A DNA stretch of 41,720 bases from IMG/VR virus record IMGVR_UViG_646862326_000004; one strand, written 5' to 3'. How positions within the stretch are numbered: the first letter of the stretch is position 1; every line of letters starts with the position of its first letter. The notes under the pieces are model-generated. The model was given only the letters and a program-made list of their open reading frames with translations, was not told the origin of the DNA and did not search any database. This DNA is from a virus. Lineage: Duplodnaviria > Heunggongvirae > Uroviricota > Caudoviricetes. Shown piece by piece: positions 39,079 to 41,720 of this stretch. Position numbers and translations under genes: made by a program.

Positions 39079-41139
39079 ATGGCAGTACAGATTTCAGGCG
39101 TGCTGAAAGACGGTGCAGGAAAACCGATACAGAACTGCACCATTCAGCTCAAAGCAAAACGTAACAGCACCACGGTTGTGGTGAACACGGTGGCCTCAGA
39201 AAATCCGGATGAAGCCGGACGTTACAGCATGGATGTCGAGTATGGCCAGTACAGCGTTATCCTGCTGGTTGAAGGTTTTCCGCCTTCACATGCCGGGGCC
39301 ATCACCGTGTATGAGGATTCTAAGCCGGGGACATTGAATGATTTTCTGGGCGCTGCAACAGAAGATGATGTTCGTCCGGAGGCACTGTATCGTTTTGAAA
39401 AGATGGTGGAAGAGGTGGCACGCAACGCTGAAGCCGCCTCTCAGAGCGCAGCGGCAGCAAAGAAATCAGAAACAGCAGCGGCATCGTCCAGGAATGCGGC
39501 GAAAACATCAGAGACGAATGCAGGTAACAGCGCGAAAGCGGCAGCTTCTTCAAAAACAGCCGCACAAAACGCAGCAACAGCGGCAGAACGTTCAGAGACA
39601 AATGCCCGTGCGTCAGAAGAAGCCTCCGCAGACAGTGAAGAGGCTTCCCGCCGTAATGCAGAGTCAGCCGCTGAAAATGCCGGAGTCGCCACCACAAAAG
39701 CGCGGGAGGCCGCAGCAGACGCAACAAAGGCCGGGCAGAAAAAGGATGAGGCTCTGTCGGCAGCGACACGGGCTGAAAAGGCGGCAGACCGCGCAGAAGT
39801 CGCAGCGGAAGTGACTGCAGAGCCCTATGCGAATATAGTGCCGCCGCTGCCTGATGTGTGGATACCGTTTAACGATTCACTGGATATGATTGCGGGTTTT
39901 TCTCCGGGCTATAAAAAAATAGCTATTGGTGACGATGTGGTTCAGGTCGCCAGTGATAAACAGGTTAATTTCAGTCGCGCATCAACGGCAACATATATCA
40001 ACAAATCTGGCGAACTGAAAACGGCGGAAATTAATGAGCCGCGATTTGAGTGTGATGGCCTGCTTATTGAGGGACAAAGAACGAACTACATGCTCAATTC
40101 GGAAAGTCCAGCCAGCTGGGGGAAGTCATCAAACATGGATGTGCCCGAAACCGGGACAGATAGTTTTGGTTTTACTTATGGAAAGTTTGTCTGCAACGAT
40201 TCTCTGGTTGGGCAAACTTCGGCTATTAATATGGCATCAATTGCTGCAACAAAGTCAGTTGATGTCTCAGGCGATAACAAGTACGTGACAACCTCATGCC
40301 GTTTTAAAACAGAACGACAGGTAAGGTTACGTATACGGTTTGATAAGTATGATGGTAGTGCAACAACTTTTCTTGGCGATGCGTACATTGATACGCAAAC
40401 GCTTGAAATTAATATGACAGGTGGGGCTGCCGGCAGAATTACGGCACGAGTCAGGAAGGATAAGACCACAGGCTGGATTTTTGCAGAGGCAACGATTCAG
40501 GCAATTGATGGTGAGTTAAAAATAGGCTCTCAGATACAGTATTCTCCTGAGCGGGGTGGGGCAACAGTATCTGGTGACTATATTTATCTTGCCACCCCAC
40601 AAGTAGAGAATGGGCCGTGTGTATCATCATTTATTATTTCAGGAGGCAGCGCAACGACAAGAGCCAGTGATTTGGTTAGTATCCCCACCAGAAATAATCT
40701 TTATAAGTTACCATTTACTTTTTTACTTGAGATTCATAAAAACTGGGATATTGCACCAAACGCCGCACCCCGCGTGTGGGATATAGCAGCAGCCAATACC
40801 GGGCAATCAGCAATTGCAGCAATCAACAGAGGTAGTGGTAAGTTATATATGAGTCTGTCAAACCCTTCAGGCTTGTATGTTAATAGCGCAGCGACAGATG
40901 TATTTGCAGAGAAAACCACATTTGGATGTATTGCAAAAGCTGATGGTCACTTTCATGTGGTGACAAATGGTAAAGCGGTTAATGAAGTTTATTGTGAATA
41001 TAATGGTGTGACCGCTGATAAAAATATCCGATTTGGAGGGCAGACGAATACTGGAGAACGACATCTGTTTGGCCATATTCGCAATTTCCGCATATGGCAT
41101 AAAGAATTAAATGACAGGCAATTAAAAGAGGTCGTATGA
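39079..41139 (+). CDS. Side tail fibre (Stf-like N-terminus, Ala/Ser-rich repeats, lectin-like C-terminal domain)
   Basis: 686 aa from ATG 39079 (MAVQISGVLKDGAGKPIQNCTIQLKAKRNSTTVVVNTV...), lambda Stf-like N-terminus; C-terminal ~200 aa (RNFRIWHKELNDRQLKEV) resembles a LamG/concanavalin-like fold. Confidence 0.7.
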   Translation: MAVQISGVLKDGAGKPIQNCTIQLKAKRNSTTVVVNTVASENPDEAGRYSMDVEYGQYSVILLVEGFPPSHAGAITVYEDSKPGTLNDFLGAATEDDVRPEALYRFEKMVEEVARNAEAASQSAAAAKKSETAAASSRNAAKTSETNAGNSAKAAASSKTAAQNAATAAERSETNARASEEASADSEEASRRNAESAAENAGVATTKAREAAADATKAGQKKDEALSAATRAEKAADRAEVAAEVTAEPYANIVPPLPDVWIPFNDSLDMIAGFSPGYKKIAIGDDVVQVASDKQVNFSRASTATYINKSGELKTAEINEPRFECDGLLIEGQRTNYMLNSESPASWGKSSNMDVPETGTDSFGFTYGKFVCNDSLVGQTSAINMASIAATKSVDVSGDNKYVTTSCRFKTERQVRLRIRFDKYDGSATTFLGDAYIDTQTLEINMTGGAAGRITARVRKDKTTGWIFAEATIQAIDGELKIGSQIQYSPERGGATVSGDYIYLATPQVENGPCVSSFIISGGSATTRASDLVSIPTRNNLYKLPFTFLLEIHKNWDIAPNAAPRVWDIAAANTGQSAIAAINRGSGKLYMSLSNPSGLYVNSAATDVFAEKTTFGCIAKADGHFHVVTNGKAVNEVYCEYNGVTADKNIRFGGQTNTGERHLFGHIRNFRIWHKELNDRQLKEVV

Positions 41140-41414
41140 AAGATTTAACTTTGAAGTTTCATGACAAACTGCAGTTTAAGGCCTTCCTGTCATCTCTTGA
41201 CTGGGAGGAGGATGAAGACCTCCAGAATAAACTGTTAGTCGATGAAATTGGTTTCACCTACACAGAAACAGGGGTAACAGAAGAGGGAGAACCTGTCTGT
41301 GTCCGGAATGACGGTTATTTTGTCAACATTCGCATTCTTGATGACTTGTTTGATGTTTCTGTATTCTCTGATTATGTCGTGGAGCTGGAAACACCGCTTC
41401 GGGAATGGAGCTGA
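41136..41414 (+). CDS. Hypothetical acidic protein downstream of the fibre gene
   Basis: 92 aa, ATGA-coupled to the fibre gene stop; no family recognised. Confidence 0.45.
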   Translation: MKDLTLKFHDKLQFKAFLSSLDWEEDEDLQNKLLVDEIGFTYTETGVTEEGEPVCVRNDGYFVNIRILDDLFDVSVFSDYVVELETPLREWS

Positions 41415-41426
41415 AAGGAGGAAATA

Positions 41427-41720
41427 ATGGATATAAGCCCCTTACTTCATGCGCTTTGTGCTGTGGCTGCGCAGATACTGGTTGGTCTTTTTACCGGAAA
41501 CTGGGCTTACGGAGCGATAGCCGGTTGTACGTTCTTCATTGCGCGTGAACATACCCAGGCAGAATATCGCTGGATTGAAATGTTCGGGCATGGCAAGCGA
41601 ATGAATATGCCGTGGTGGGGCGGTTTTGATCCGCGAGCTTGGGATGTGGCAAGCCTGATGGATTTTGCTGTGCCGGTGGTGGCGTGTCTGCTGGTCTGGC
41701 TGTTGGTTAATCGTGGGTGA
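41427..41720 (+). CDS. Hypothetical small membrane protein
   Basis: 97 aa with strong AAGGAGG Shine-Dalgarno; two hydrophobic segments (N- and C-terminal); complete ORF ending at the window edge. Confidence 0.45.
   Translation: MDISPLLHALCAVAAQILVGLFTGNWAYGAIAGCTFFIAREHTQAEYRWIEMFGHGKRMNMPWWGGFDPRAWDVASLMDFAVPVVACLLVWLLVNRG

Noticed and set aside
39320-39814. Overlapping plus and minus ORFs (about 150 aa) within the fibre gene N-terminal region
   Set aside because: Arise from the Ala/Ser-rich low-complexity repeat region of the fibre gene; translations are Arg/Gln/Pro-rich artefacts.

Overview
The window is about 41.7 kb of an integrated lambdoid prophage from an enterobacterial (E. coli-like) genome, laid out in prophage order: int-xis, accessory genes, exo-bet-gam-kil-cIII-ea10-ral, sieB, N, immunity region (cI/cro/cII), O-P-ren-nin genes, Q, lysis cassette, cos, then head and tail genes Nu1 through J and a side tail fibre. 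attL lies off the left edge. All protein identifications are from reading the ORF translations against remembered lambda, P22, phage 21 and DLP12 proteins; no database search was possible. The prophage is a mosaic: lambda-like recombination, replication and virion modules; a P22-gene-24-like N; a chimeric cI with a different DNA-binding domain; and a DLP12-like late-control and lysis region (rusA-ylcG-quuD, antisense porin nmpC, phage-21-type pinholin, SAR endolysin, Rz/Rz1, bor). The main candidate for an undescribed system is a translationally coupled two-gene operon (185 aa and 250 aa, 7470..8776, minus strand) sitting exactly where lambda carries rexA-rexB, between cI and an intrinsic terminator; neither protein resembles RexA/RexB or any family I can place. 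Other points of interest are a perfect 32-bp tandem duplication that frameshifts the head protease/scaffold gene C, a lipoprotein with a TonB C-terminal-like domain beside bor, a Cys-rich secreted mini-protein before cos, an orphan Dam-like methyltransferase in the nin region, and a divergent J C-terminus followed by a fibre with a lectin-like C-terminal domain.
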